DNA of 64,000 nt from Camelus ferus (Eukaryota), in assembly GCF_009834535.1 (NCBI RefSeq), contig NC_045696.1, positions 104,038,001 to 104,102,000 on the forward strand, given 5' to 3'. Every line of letters starts with the position of its first letter. Position 1 is the stretch's first letter. A model generated the notes under the pieces. The model saw nothing but the letters and a program-made list of their open reading frames with translations. It had not been told where the DNA came from and did no database searches. The position numbers and the translations under genes were made by a program. Positions 25,962-40,929 of this stretch are shown piece by piece.

Positions 25962-26868
25962 CCACTGAGGATTGGGGATGCAGTGGGAAATGAGGCACAT
26001 TAGACCCCAGATCACTGAAGTGATCAATTCTGGCAAGTAGATTTTCCAATTCCATTTTAAAAGAGTGTTTATTGTTGCTGTTGGATTTCTCAGCACTGGG
26101 GTTTGCCTGTTCACCATGTCTATAAGGGTCCCCAACATTCTCCACAAGGCCATTCTCCACTGGAGTGACCAAACTAGCCTGTCTCAGGACACACTCATTT
26201 TCTCTTTATTTAACTAGTTAATCAGAGAAAACAGAACAACGTTTTGCCATCTTAGTCCAACAACCATGGAAATCACATATGAGCAAGAATGCCACCATTT
26301 ATACCACAGAGCGGAGCATACCAGGCACTCTCTGGTGGGCCTGTCACCCTTGAAAATGGTCAACCCATCCTAGATCAAGTCAAGGTCAATTTTACTTGAG
26401 TAAAATCTTGTTCCTGACCTCTTTTCTGGAGTGTCATTCTCAGTCCCTCAGCTAAAGGGCTGAGCATGGGAAGAGTGGGCTTTGGTGGCTGAAAGACCTG
26501 GGAAGGCCTGGGATCTGGTTCTTTGTAGCTCTGCTCTTCAGGTGTCTCTTCTGTGAAGGGGGGCAACTATATCTCTTATTTAAAATGAATAAGCTGGAAT
26601 TCTGGCTGTAAGCGCCACCTCTGGGAGCTTCATCAGGAGCATGGCAGGAAGTCTGGATGACGTGTGTGCAAGGCCATAAGTGCCCAACTCCAGGCCCTGC
26701 TCAGCTGGGATTCAACATAGGACAGGCAACCACATGCACCGCTGTCAGGCCACCCTGCCTCCCTGAGTGACTGCCTCCTAAAACCAATAACCATTTTTGT
26801 GACTATGATTTTTAAGCTATCTCACAGGCTGATTATATATATTAAATGAGAAGAGGACTTACAGTTGT

Positions 26869-27066
26869 CAGGAGTCAAACCCAGCAGCCTGTGGCCTTAA
26901 CTGCAACTTGCAGGGGTGTTTTGTTTGCCCACACAGTGTCTTTAACAGCTGCCAACTTTAAAAATTGGAATAGTTCATACAAAAATATAGATTTCTGGGA
27001 CCTCCTGAAAGAAATCAGATTCCGCAACTTGTGGCTCTCATTTCCATGAGGCAATAATCAGCTAGA
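26869..27066 (+). mobile_element. MER102-like hAT DNA transposon fragment
   Basis: GTGTTTTGTTTGCCCACACAGTGT...ATACAAAAATATAGATTTCTGG...GGCAATAATCAGCTAG pattern. Confidence 0.6.
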
Positions 27067-27309
27067 TGCCCCCTTCAATAGACAGCTCACCAGGAAGGCC
27101 TAAATTTCAGTGTTCAGCCCCTTCATACAGTAGGTGTTCAATAAATGCTAGTTGTTAACATCATTGCTTATTATTTATCAGTAACTCAAGTGCAGGGGCT
27201 GTGTCTTCTTACTTGTCACTCTCCTCCTGCGGTGAACTTGAAGCCCAGCACACAGGAGACATCATTTTGCACAACCCTTGCACAGACTGAAAGGTTCACA
27301 ATTAGCATC

Positions 27310-28531
<1,222 letters not shown>

Positions 28532-28629
28532 CTGGAAGGAAGCAAAGGACACGGGTTATAACAGCAGCCTCGACAAGCACTTAGCCTTGGCTGGGCCCTT
28601 GGCATTCATTAATAATAATAATTAATGAG

Positions 28630-28885
28630 TAGAATGATATCTAGCACATATCTAGTACTTGCCGTATGCCAGGCACTGTTCTAAACAGTTTACATTTATA
28701 AGCTCATTTAATCCTCACGAGACCTCACTATAAGACATTCATTATTAATCCCATTTATAGATGAGGAAAATAAAGAAGCAGAGAGGAGATAGGTAATTAA
28801 CCAAAGTCCCACAGTTAATAAGGAGCTGAGCCAAGATTTACACTGAGGCCATCTGGCTTCAGAGTCTGTGTTCGGCTCTTAGAGC
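28630..28885 (-). mobile_element. MIR SINE
   Basis: TATGCCAGGCACTGTTCTAAAC..CTCATTTAATCCTCAC..CCCATTTATAGATGAGGAAA. Confidence 0.85.
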
Positions 28886-29229
28886 AATCACAGGCAATTT
28901 TATTTTAGCAATAAGGACTGAGCCCAGAGAAATGGTGACTTGCTCAAGATCACAGAACCTGGAGAACCCCAGTGCATTTGGTCCCAAGAAAGGCGCAAGC
29001 CCTTTGCCAAGGTTGGGGGGACATAGTGCCCTTGACACGGGGCTGAAGACATATAGGGTGTTTCCCATCCCTGGCTGCCCTGGGGAGCTTAAATATCATC
29101 TAAAGTGCATCCAAGCTTGAGAAGCCAGACACAGAGCAAGGATCCACCAAGGCCACTCAAGGCAACTATCTGAGGATGGGGTGGGGTCTTCATGGGAAGG
29201 TGAACTGGAGGCGGGTGATAAGGGAGTTG

Positions 29230-29400
29230 GTGTCCAGGCTCTGGAGTCAGAGAGAACTAGGTCCCAATCCCTCTCTCCATCGCTTAGCTTTGCGTCCATA
29301 GGAAAGTCTCTTAGCCTCTCTAAGATTCCAGTTTCCTCATCTGTAAAATGGGGATAAAATGCTCCCTCCCAGTGGTGTAGGAATCTGAGAGATAGTATCA
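29230..29400 (+). mobile_element. MIR SINE
   Basis: CAGGCTCTGGAGTCAG..CAGTTTCCTCATCTGTAAAATGGGGATAA. Confidence 0.8.
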
Positions 29401-30689
29401 AGGGCCAAGCCTGAGACTCTGCGGGCAGGCTTTCCTCTTTGGTTCTATCTTCTGGGCATCCTGCATGTACCCACTTCCCTTTGGATGGGCAAGGTCTTTC
29501 TTTGGGCATATAAACACCATTAATAGCACTGACCCTGGACGACCTCCTCTGAGACAAGATCCTGGTTTTCAGGAAGGAGGACTTGGCCACTATCACTAAA
29601 AGGCCAGCCAGAACTCAGGATGCTTGGGCTGTTTGGATGGGCCCCGGGTGTGGGGAGAGATGGAGAGCTGAGGCCTGCAGCCCATCCAGAGCAGAGGCAT
29701 GTCGCCTCCCCTCCCTGCTCTGAATAGCTTCCCCTGAGACAGACCAGGAGACAGGTGTTTTTCATGCCCTGCTCTGCCTGGCCATGACCTCCCACCCTAA
29801 CTCCCAGCCAAAGTGCCATATAGTGCAGGCAGCTATATTGTGCATTGCTTTTTTTAACCCTCTGATTTTATTCTCAACTCCCCTTTTCTTTTCTTTTCTT
29901 TCTATTGTCAGACCCCCGGTTCAGCTCATGCCGACCCTATCCAGAGGGCTCTGGATAATGTTTAATCTAAGGGAATACCAGAACACACAAAAATTTGCAA
30001 CACTAGACAGTTCTAAGATACCAGAATAGTTACTCCTTTCCCTATCCAAAATCACCCAAAATAAACGAGAAAAGAGAAACAGGAATGCAAATCCTATCTT
30101 CAGCAAAACTGTAACACATTCGTAATCCAAACCACAACTTATAAGGAAAGGCTGCCAAAAAAAATGGCAGACGACTGCCAAAAGCAGTGAACATCAAGCG
30201 AGGTGTGAGAAAACACCTACAGAAGACACCTGTGGCTGCAAAGCTCAGAAAGAGATAGCAGAGCCAGGCAGTAACTGGCATTCCCTGAAGGAGAAAGCAA
30301 CAACAACGGTTCCTAATCAGGAACAATGAGAACAGGTCTAGCACTGGGACCTGCTGCCTCTGACTCTGTGAAGACAGGGGAGGGCAGGGCTAACAGAGAA
30401 AACTGCAGGTCCGCCATCTTCACAGGAAGCAGTGTGCAGGTGAGGCAGCATGGGAGGAGGGCTGAACTGGGGCAAGCCTGTTGCTGCAGATCTCTGCTTA
30501 CTGACAAGGTGGGAGCTACAAGAAATCACTGCCACAGTCCTGTGAACAAAGTAACCGTGAATCAGGGAGCTATCCTGCTCTCCTACTTCCTGGCTCCATA
30601 CTTCCTGGCACCTCCTCTACACGCATCCCCTGCAAAATGCTGATCCGGGAAGGCTTGCCTCTTCCAAAGTAGAACCAGCACATGATATA

Positions 30690-33575
30690 GTCAAAGATGC
30701 TGGACAAGAAATAAAGGAGGAAAGGAAAGGGAAAAAAATCTGGCAAAGCAAGAAAACTCACCAGAAAAAAAGCTGTCACAAAACAGATAAAAATTGTGAC
30801 CCAGTTTGTAAATTAATTTTGTGATCACTTACGTCAGAAGGGAGACAACTAGTAAGCCTGAAAAAACAGAAAGATTAAATACACTTTACTATGTGAAGTT
30901 ACAAAGGCAACCTCCAGAAGAACTCAAAATAAAGTACAAACCTTCCAAATTGTCAGAGAGAACACAACACAAAATAAAACAGACCACACACGAAACAATT
31001 TTGCTTTAAGAAGCCATAGAAGCAAAACCACAAAGACTTAATATGTGACAGTAAAACTAAGACCAAAATACTAGCTATGTCAATGAATGGCCATAGTAAA
31101 CTAGAAAGGAAAGATTCTAAGCCTGGGGAACAAACCCCCCCAACCGTATGCTACATTTGAGACATCCCCAAAGCAAAGTAATTCAACAATGTTGAAAAAA
31201 TAGGAAAGGCAAATATATACCAAGTAAGTGCTACCTCAAACCAAGGAAGCACTGTACCCATGGTATTAGGCAAGTAAAGTTGAATTTAGGGCAAACAATC
31301 TTAAGTGAGACAAAGAAGACTTTATAACAGTAAAGAGTATAATCCACAACTGAAGATCAAACACATCAAATAACAGCACCAAAATTCAAACCAAAAGCTG
31401 TAGGAAATACAAGGAAGGTCAGACAGAGCTACAGTAGAGGCAGGTGATTTTAATTTACCTCTTGTAGCTCATGACAGATCAATGGACCAAATTAAGTAAA
31501 GACAGAAAAATGAAAACTGCATAATTAATAAATCAGATTTAATTGATGTATATGTTTTCCATATATTAGGCCACAAATAAAACCTCACCAAAAAAAGCAG
31601 CAATATTACAGAATCTAGTAACAGAGAAGAAAAACTAGAAATTAATCACAAAATTATGGATCACAAAAATCCTATCACTTGGACATTTTTAAAAACTCTC
31701 TTTTAAACAACTCAGATCAAAAAAGAGACCTATGTAGAAATTGTAGAACAACTAGAAAATACAAATAACAAAAAAAAATTCCATGTATTAGAACCTTGGG
31801 ATTCCATTAATTTGTGCTCAGAGGAAATCATCCTTGGTGTACTTATATTAGTAAATAAGAAGGAATGAAAATATATAAATCAAGCATAATAAAATAGAAA
31901 AATAAAAGAACTAATCAAAAAATCCTAGAGCTGGTTCTTTGGGGAAATAAAACAACCACGAAAACTAAAACACATAAACCATTTAATTCAATCATTTAAT
32001 GTGCCATTTATGTCACACATGATGCTATATTATATATAAAATATATATTACTAGTTTCATTTATTATATTAATCTATTATGTTGGTAGTATCTATCCTTG
32101 TTATGGGGTAATGAAATAACACTCTACCTCTATGATCTTCCTCCCCCAAGCCCATAATCCCAGTCTAATCCTAAGAGAAACAGAGAACAGATTCCAACTG
32201 AGGAGTATCTAACAAAATACCTGACCAGTACTGCTCAAAATTGTTAAGGTCATCAAAGACAAGGAAAATATGAGAAACTGTCACAACCAAGAGGAGCCTA
32301 CGGAGACACAACAAAGAAATGTAGCATTATCCTGGATGGGATCCTGGAACAGACAAAGGATATTAGGTGAGAAGTAAGGAAATCTGAATAAAGTATGGCC
32401 TTTAGTTAATAACCTTGTATCGACATTGATTCACTAGTTGTGATAAATGTACCATACCAGTGGAAGATGTTAATAACAGGAGAAACTGGGTGTATGTGGG
32501 AACTCTCTGTACTGCATGTTTTTCTATAAATCTAAAACTAATCTTAAAATTAAAGTCGATTAATTAAAAACATTAAATCACTGTTTAAAGTTAAAAGAAA
32601 TCTAAAACATGTATAAAACCACCAAGTCACCTTCTATCTCATTAATCAGATATAAACACTGTTAGCATTTGGATGCACTGCACGTTATTCTTTTTTTGTC
32701 TACAATATAGTCACTTTTTTTTTTTAATTGTCATCATTGACCTTTATTCAGATTATTTAACCAAAAACTAAATAATTAACATTTTTACATATTAACTAAA
32801 TTTAAATGCATGACTTCAATGAGCAAACTTTAAAAAAAACATAAAACATATAAGCTATTAAATCGAATCATTTAAAGTGGGGGTGGAGGAAGACACAAAT
32901 ATGTAAAATGAGAAATGAAAATGGGAAATAACCAAATGGTATAGCAAAAAGCATTCATAAGAGAAATTGGACTTTGTCGTTTTAATATGGGGAAATATGT
33001 GCGACACAAATCACAAACAAATATATGACAAATTCCTACAAATGAGTAAGAGGGACCAACCCAAATATAGAATGTGGAAAGATGCAACGAACAGCTCACA
33101 CAAAAAGAAAAACAAACGGCTCTTTGAAGAGATGCCCTACCAAATGCATAATAAAAGAAAAACAAGTTGGAGCTAAAATTAAATACCGTTTTTGTCTTCC
33201 AGCTTAGGGAAGATCAGAAAGTTGGTAATGCCTTCTTGGAGGAGCAGACAGGTCATACATTATTAAACTGAAAGTAAGATAGTGTAGCCTCAGTGGATGG
33301 CAGATTAGGACCCTTTGACCTAGCAATTCTCCTCAGTATTTATTCCGGTTTACTCTCAGATGTGCAAACTACACATACACATATATGCAACATACGTACA
33401 TAAGCATCATGGTTTGTAATAGCAAAATATTGGGGAAAACCCAAACTGAAGACCAGCTAAATAAACGATGGTGAATCCATATTCTGAAACACTATGCAGC
33501 TGGAGAAAAGAATGCACTGATGTGGAAGATGCGACAGATAGATGAAGGTAAATAAATGCAGAACAGTATGTGTGG
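30690..33575 (+). mobile_element. Ancient fragmented LINE-1 block in intron 1, including an L1MC-type 3' UTR piece at ~32100-32570
   Basis: A-rich + strand with decayed endonuclease-region motifs (31050-31950); L1MC-type AAAATACCTGACCAGTACTGCTCAAAATTGTTAAGGTCATC; 3' ORF2 motifs at 33100-33500. Confidence 0.8.
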
Positions 33576-36500
33576 TACACTGTCATTTTGGTGGAGGGGG
33601 AGGGAGGGGAGGGAGAGTAAGAGGGAGGAGGAGGTCTGTGGGGGTGGTGTCCATAAGAAAACTGGACAGTCCAGTTCAGTTTTACAAGACAACTAGCTTT
33701 TCTCTACTCACCACAGAACTTTATACTGACCTTTATCCAATACTTGAGCCTCAACCAGGTTATGAGAAATAAGCCAGAGACCGTGGGAGAAATGCAGGGC
33801 ACATAGTGGGGATTCAGTCCATAGAACAGACTCTCATCCAGGGCCTTCTCTGTGAGTCTCTGCCTGGGGACATCTGACTGGGAGGAAAGGGGCTGGGAAC
33901 TGCCACTTTTGTAATTCACTTAAAGACACCTGATGCTGCCATTCTAACAGCCCAGGAAAGAGGCTCAGAGAGGAAGTGGCCTGACCAAAGTCACATGGCT
34001 AAAAGATGGCAGAGCTGGTCCCACCCTGGGTTGCCTGAACCCTAAGTCCCCACTGCATCTGCTGTGCTTTCTCCATCACTAAGTGAGGCCTCACTTTCTG
34101 CTCTTTAGAGAATTCAGCAGGGAAAGGGCCGGGGCTGGAGTCAGGAGATGGGGACACCAGGTCTTGTCCTGCCACCAACATGTTCATCGCTTCTGAGCCT
34201 CTGACCACGGGCTGTATCCAGTCTGCCTGCCCCTTGTTAGATACTGCTATGCACCCTTCCTGTTCCCAGTCCCCATTTATTCATTCAACAAACACTTGGT
34301 GGATGGCCACCATGTGCCAGACTCTGGGCTGCTGAGACCTAGGGACACACAGCAGTGGTCAAGTCAGGCTCAGTCCCTAAACTCTCCCTTCAGCCAGGGG
34401 TAGTGGCTGCTTGTCACATTTCTCTTCTTGTCTCCACCGCAGCACCTGGCAACAGACAAGGCATCCAGGAGATACAACGGAGTCTAACTTCCTGGTAGGA
34501 ATAACATCGTCTCTCAACCCAGCAAGCAGAGGGCATACTGAACAATGCCTAAGGGTGCCTCCATCACATTTCCTCAAACCAAACATAATTTCTTAGGCCA
34601 TGCTTGGATGAGAATGCTTAATGACATTATACAGAAGGATCTGCCCCAGGGCTTCAACAATGGCTGAGAAAGAAAACCAAAATTCAAATTGCCAGTTGCC
34701 CTTCCCAGGACACTGGCGGGTGTTGCAACCTGACAGGGAAAGGAGGAGACACCAAGCGTGAATGTCGCACTTCTTAAGGAGCCTCAGTAGTTTGCAAGAT
34801 GTGACGGTCTTCAGAGACCAAGGATCTGAAATCTCATTCTGCGTCTTGTCTGCTCACCCAGGCATGGGGTCTGCCAGGAGACTTGACAGCTGCAGGAATG
34901 GGTAATGACTGGGTGAAGTACCCTCCCCTCAGTGTGGCCTTTGGCTTTGGACTTGCTGGGGCAGGGAGTTGGGGCAAATTTCATTCCTTCATTTAACCAG
35001 CAGTAATGATGCCTCCCTGGGGATCTGAGGCTACAGGAAAGTGTTAAGACCCAATCACTTCCCTCTAGGGAGAGCTCACGCCCAAGGGGTCAGACCCAGT
35101 GACAGGTCTGAATAATGACAAGGACTGTACAAAGCAGTGTGGTTTGATACCACTTGAATTCCTATAATAGACTGCATATTGCTTTCAAATATATACGACA
35201 GCACTTATAAAATGCAAAGCTGACTTACTCATGCTCCCTACTTAAAATCCTCCACAGGCTCTCCACGGCTTTCAGGATAAAGTACAAACTCCTAACACTA
35301 ATCCTCCCCTGGCCCATCTCCCTCTGTGAAGCCCTTCCCTGCATCCCCATTAACCTGCCTGAATCTCCCTGCAGGTACTATGGGGGCCACACACGTGTAT
35401 CCTGACCCTCTCTGCTACCTTCACCCCTTCCCTCTCCCTTACACATCCTTCCCACATACACACACCTGGGTAATTCATCCAGTTCAGTATCAGTGCCTCT
35501 GGGAGCTCCCCACCCCGTGCCCACAGAGCCCCTGCACCTGTCTCCATTATAGACTTAACACAAGGGGCCATGACGTCTCCTCGGCTGCCTCCCTCCACCA
35601 GTCGGGGGATAACTCAAGAGCAGGGGCTGGTCTCCTCACTGCAGTCCCCAGGACTCTGCTGCAGGGCTCTGGCTCAGAGAAAGTGGTGGGTGCACAGACA
35701 CAAGCAAAGGAATAAAAGCAGCAACCAGCTGCCTTAGAAAGAGCCTCCACCGAGGTATGACTAGGAGAGCAGCGCTCTGTGAACTGGGGCAAGTCAGTTA
35801 ACATCCTCAGCCTTCAATTTTCATCTCTGTGCAAAGGTGCCAATGATACCTGGTTCGACTGGGATGTTTCTAAGATTTTCTTAGTACAAATATTAGGTAG
35901 AAGGGCTGTTCCATTAAAAGATGCTCATTCACAATGAACCCATCAATGGTGAATGAGCTAAAGAACCCCCAAGGTTTGATTCACAGGCGTCCATTATCTT
36001 TCCCCTCTGGACACACGATGCAGCTCACACGACTCCAGGCTGGGCAGGCCCTTTCTTCGCGGGAGCTCACAAAGCGAGCCATCTGTCCAGTTCCAGGTGA
36101 AACCATCTCATGTCTGTCTTCCTGGAGCATGAATCAATGAGGCTTCCCTGTGCCTCTCCTTCTTGTGAGGTTTCCATGGGAATCCTCCCACATGTGATTG
36201 AGCCAGGAGCCCCCAAGACAGAAGCTCAGGCTGTCAGCCAGCAAGGAGAGCAGGGGATGGGATGAAGGAGGTTGGCTGGGCAGTGACCAAACCAGTGTGC
36301 TCTTTAAGGTCATTTAAAAGAGACACACCTTTGAGACAGCGAGGCCAGGGGTCTGACAATGAGGTGCATTCCTGGTGGGCCTGGTCACCGCTCCAGCTGC
36401 CCCTGTGCCCCAAGCACATGTGGGTTGTTCTGCAGGACAGCTGGCCTCTGTGAGGCTCAGCACGACTCCGGCTGGAGCAAAGTTAGGAGACGGGATGGGG

Positions 36501-39049
36501 GAGGGGGCTGCATAAAGGGACCCTCTTGGGAAAATGTCTAAAAGAAAACACAATAATCTTCATGTCCAGCCCCTCATTTATCTCCCGAGCTGAACTTTGC
36601 CCACTTAGTGTAACTGGTTGTCTGAAAACTCAGGATTCCTGAAAGAAAAAGGAATCATGTGCGCCTCAGGCTTGTTCTAGGAGATCACAATCACAATAGG
36701 GACCTGCTGGCATTTCTCAAGTTCCCTTGGTTAAGCTTGGGGTGTCTCTAGGGGCATTTTTGAGACTGGGGTTGGGGAGGCTAGAGAGGAAGAGGGGATG
36801 GTGAGGAAGTGGGGAGACAAGGAGACCCAGAGAAAGAGACAGAGAGAGGAGAGGGAGCATCATGTCAGAGGGAGCCACTCCAGCCCCAGGAATCTGTGTG
36901 ACTTGCTTATCTTACAAAACGTGGCTGACAAGCGAGAAGTCTTTGTGGATTCAGCCCCACTCTTTTCTGGAGAAGGCAGCGCTCCAGGCTCACCCATCAA
37001 CATTTCCCAGCACTGCAAGCCAGGTGGGGGACTTGGGAGCTGCTCTGGGCCTCCCCCTCTGCACACACCATCACGTGGAGGTGTAGAGCTCAGGGCTGTT
37101 TCCTGCCACCTCCTGGGTCCAGGGTCTACCTTGCCTTCCACCTAAGTGGGGCAGCCCCAGTGTTGCATCTTCAGTTTCTGCTCCTTCCTCTCCCGTGCAT
37201 CTTCTCTTCTGACTGACATTTCCAGCCCTCTGCAGACTCTCCCAAACTGGGTCTCTAGCCCCACCTTCTCTCCTCAGTACCAGACCCACCTACCTGGAAG
37301 CCTCTGGCCACCAACGAGGTGCTCCTTCGGACACTTCTGTAAAGCCAGCTGGTCTCTTTCCCCCTGGACACACCTACCCTCTCCAGATATCAGACATGAG
37401 GGAGGGCAGGCACTGATACCTCAGAATCCACACACCTAGGGCTGAAAGCAGCCTCTTCCCTCTCCGGCAAACCAGGCTCCTCTCTGCATGCCCCCATTTC
37501 TGCCATGGATTTCCCCATCTCTTGGTCTCCCTCAATGCCTTCAGATCTCCCTTAGTTCAGACTTTGCCTGGATTACTACAAAGTCTCCCAGTGGGGCTCC
37601 CTGACTCCACTCGGTGCCCCCCAACCCACCCTCCATGCTGCCACATGGGTAAATCTGACCAAGCCACCCACTCGCCTTCTCGTTCAACTCTCCAGGTGGC
37701 TTAGGGAGAAGCTTCACCCCTTAGCTTGGCATATAACAGTCCTCAAGACCTGCCCTTGGTTATTTCTCCCACACTCAGTCTCCCATCATGGCCCACATCA
37801 GACCAGTCATACCAGACCCCCCTCAGAAACCACATCCTGCCCATACTTTGATGTCCCGGGAGCCTTCCCATCTTCCCTCAGTCTGACTGACATTCATTCA
37901 TTCTCCCACACCCAAGCAGGGCCAGGCGCCCTCTGTGGCATCCCTCCATCCTGCTGCGGCCTCATTCCTGCACCCATGGTTGTCTTCTGTTCCACATGCT
38001 GCATTCCTTGCTGGTGAGGCCAGCGCCCAACCAGCCTCTACTTCCTACCAGCACCCTGCCGGCACCTGCTACCTCTGGCTGCATTAGAAAGCACTTGTCA
38101 GGCTGAAGAAATTTCCACTCCATGCCTCTTGTATAGTTTGCATTTTTAACAACAGACATTTTTTTTTCATAATGAAAGTATACATTTTAAGTGGGGATTA
38201 GCTCAATAGGTGTAGCAAAAAATCACATGCAATCAACACTGCCCTGGAAAGTTCTTCTGAAGGTCCACAGGGTCTGTGATGACAAGTTTAGGTTCACCAA
38301 CCTCTTTCCCAAAGGGTTCAGCACAGACAACCGTTTTTCCTACAGCCTCAGAATAGATCCCTATTTCTTGAGCTGAGCTACAGCTGATACACCAAGTGAG
38401 ACTTATTAGGGACCATGTTTTATTAAAAATGTGTTGCTGTTTTATTTTTTTATTGTTGTTGTTATATTATTTTTTATTGTTCATCTTTCTTGCCAAGTAT
38501 GTACGGTTATGTTCACGTAAGTTAAGTACATGCACTTATGTATTTACTTTTTAAAAGGACTATGAGGCAGAGACGTCTGGTAACTTTGCTCCAGGTACCT
38601 CTACACCCTCTGATTTTTCTACACCAAGTGGCCTGTTCTAGCCAGGGTGAGTCAGGGAGGCTGCCTGAGACCCTTGGTTCCTGTACCAACAGAGAAGGGG
38701 CCTTTCAAGAACCTGGCTATGTAACAACAGGTCAGGCAACTTGGGAAAAACCAAGTAGCCCCTGTAAGGTGCATGGGGCTGGGCCTTTACCCTCCACTGG
38801 CCCAGGTCTTGGCCACTTTCTGGAGTAGGAGTGAAGCCCCCTCCAAGGACAGGCCCCTCTAAATGAGGAGAAGGAGCCAGTCTTAAGACTTCCAGGTGGT
38901 AGAAAGTAATGAGAGAGGAAAATGGTGAGAAAGGGAAGGAGGGGTCAGTAACCAGACCTGGAGGGCCCTGGGGGCACCTAGATTTTACTTCATGGCAGCC
39001 TTGAGGATGTTCTAAGACTGGGAAGGATTTCATCTATTTTATATTTTTA

Positions 39050-39390
39050 AAAGATGTTTCTGATAAATGGTTATTATTATTGGCTAAGCTGATAGATGAA
39101 AATTCTATCTTGTAGTTTAAACTTGCATTTTTCTTACTGAGTGAGGTAGAACATCTTGTCATATGTTTGAGTGTTATTTCACTTTTATTTTGTTCATGTG
39201 AACTGTTAATGGTCTTTTGTCCGTTTTCGGTCTTTTTCTTGTTGACTTGAGGACATTTTTACACATTAAAGAGATGAGCCCTTTGTGACAGGGGTGATGA
39301 TTGTCTCCTCAGTCTGTCATACATCTTTTGACTGTTGATGGTGATGTCCCAGTAGATTTTATATAACTGAGTTTATCAGTCTTTGAAATA
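39050..39390 (-). mobile_element. Ancient L1 fragment
   Basis: TAGTTTAAACTTGCATTTTTCTTACTGAGTGAGGTAGAACATCTT pattern of antisense L1ME. Confidence 0.65.
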
Positions 39391-40674
39391 AAACAGAAAT
39401 ACAGAATGGAGAGATACTTGAGTGGAATGGCCAGCAAGTAGAATTTTGTTTGTTGTTTGCCAAAGGTGGCTTAAATTCCTTTTATTAGAACTTCTTAAGG
39501 AAGTTTAAAAAATGGAATCAGAGTTTGTGTCTTAGCGGATAATGCCCCGTGTAGAGCATGTTCGTGGTGTGCTACTGACCCCGGTGTCTTTCTAACAAAC
39601 TCCATTAATCAGTAGAACTTTTTGAAAAATGGTTTGGTAGGGGGCAATGAGGCGGGATCCCCCATAAGCCTGAGTGACAGAAGCTGCAGGAGTTGGTTGG
39701 AGGATAGAGGCGCCGCGGTGGGGAAACAGAGGGAGAGACTGAGAGAGATGTATTGCACTGATTGCGTCTTCCTTCTGTGCACTGACCGCCTGGAAGAGGG
39801 GGAGGGAGGCAGCTCCTGGATTCTCCTTTTAATAGCATTTCCCTGAGGCTCAGGCATGTCTTTCTGATTTATTCTCATCGATTGTAGAGGGGCAGAAGGT
39901 GGGTGGAAGGATGGAGGCTCAGATTCCTAGAGAGGAGAGAATTCCTACTCCATCGCCCCAAACTCCCCTAGGAGGAGAATAGGACAGACAAGGAAACCGA
40001 GCTGGGACTGATGACAGTACTTGCCCAAGGTCATACTGCAGGCTCGTGACGGTGACAGAATTCGAACTCAAGCCTGACTCTAGGGCCGAGAGCCCTTCTC
40101 CTAGCTTTAGCGGTACGTAAGTGCCCGCCTCTCTTTCCCTTTCCAGTCCTCAACAGCTCACACTCTGCCACCCGGGAGGCGGGAGCAGCCACTCCCCACT
40201 CTTCTCCCGCCAGGGAGAGGTCCTGGGCTCGGCGTCCCCTCCTGGCTCGGAGCCCGCGGCGCGTCTTGGGCTACCCGGGCGGACACATTTGCCGCGCTCC
40301 AGGCTCTGGCCTCCTCCCTCCTTCCCAGACCCCACGCTCCACCCCCTACCCGTGACTCACAGAGTGCGCGACCCCCTCCCTTCCTAAGCATCGCCAAGTT
40401 TGTCTCCAAGCAAGGCCAGGATCTGGCCCCAAGCCGCGCTCGGACCGGGCGATCAGCCTCACTATTCAGCGTCAAGAGTAAACGGTAACAACAGCCACCA
40501 ACCACTTCACCAACGACCACTGCGTGCGAGGCGCTTGCCTCTCATCTCTCCGACCCGCACCACCCCATCCCCCAACCCAGACAAACCAAACCCTGGAAAT
40601 TACTGTCCCCATTACATAGACGAGAAAGATGTTGCAGCTCCGGAAAGTTGGATGATACTCTTGGGCTCACACAG

Positions 40675-40900
40675 CTAATAATAATGCTAGCTAACATTTG
40701 ATCGAGTGTTTCCAATGTGCCAGGCACAGGTCTACGTACATTCCAAGGACCACCGCATAGATCCTACCATTAGCCCTATAAAAAGGGTACCATTATCATC
40801 CCCATCCTACGGATGAGGAAATCGAGGTTTGGCGCTTTGCCCAAGGTCACCCAGACAGTGAATGACAGATCATGGACCCAAATCCAGGCAGGGTGACTGG
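40675..40900 (-). mobile_element. MIR SINE
   Basis: GCTAACATTTGATCGAG..TGTGCCAGGCAC..CCCCATCCTACGGATGAGGAAATCGAGG..GCCCAAGGTCAC; CpG-rich for a MIR, next to the island. Confidence 0.8.
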
Positions 40901-40929
40901 GGGTTAGTTTTTTGTGCTGTCTCCATTAC

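Noticed and set aside
38193..38216. GGGGATTAGCTCAA resembling a tRNA-Ala 5' end / A box
   Set aside because: Only ~14 nt match, no B box or cloverleaf; compatible with chance.
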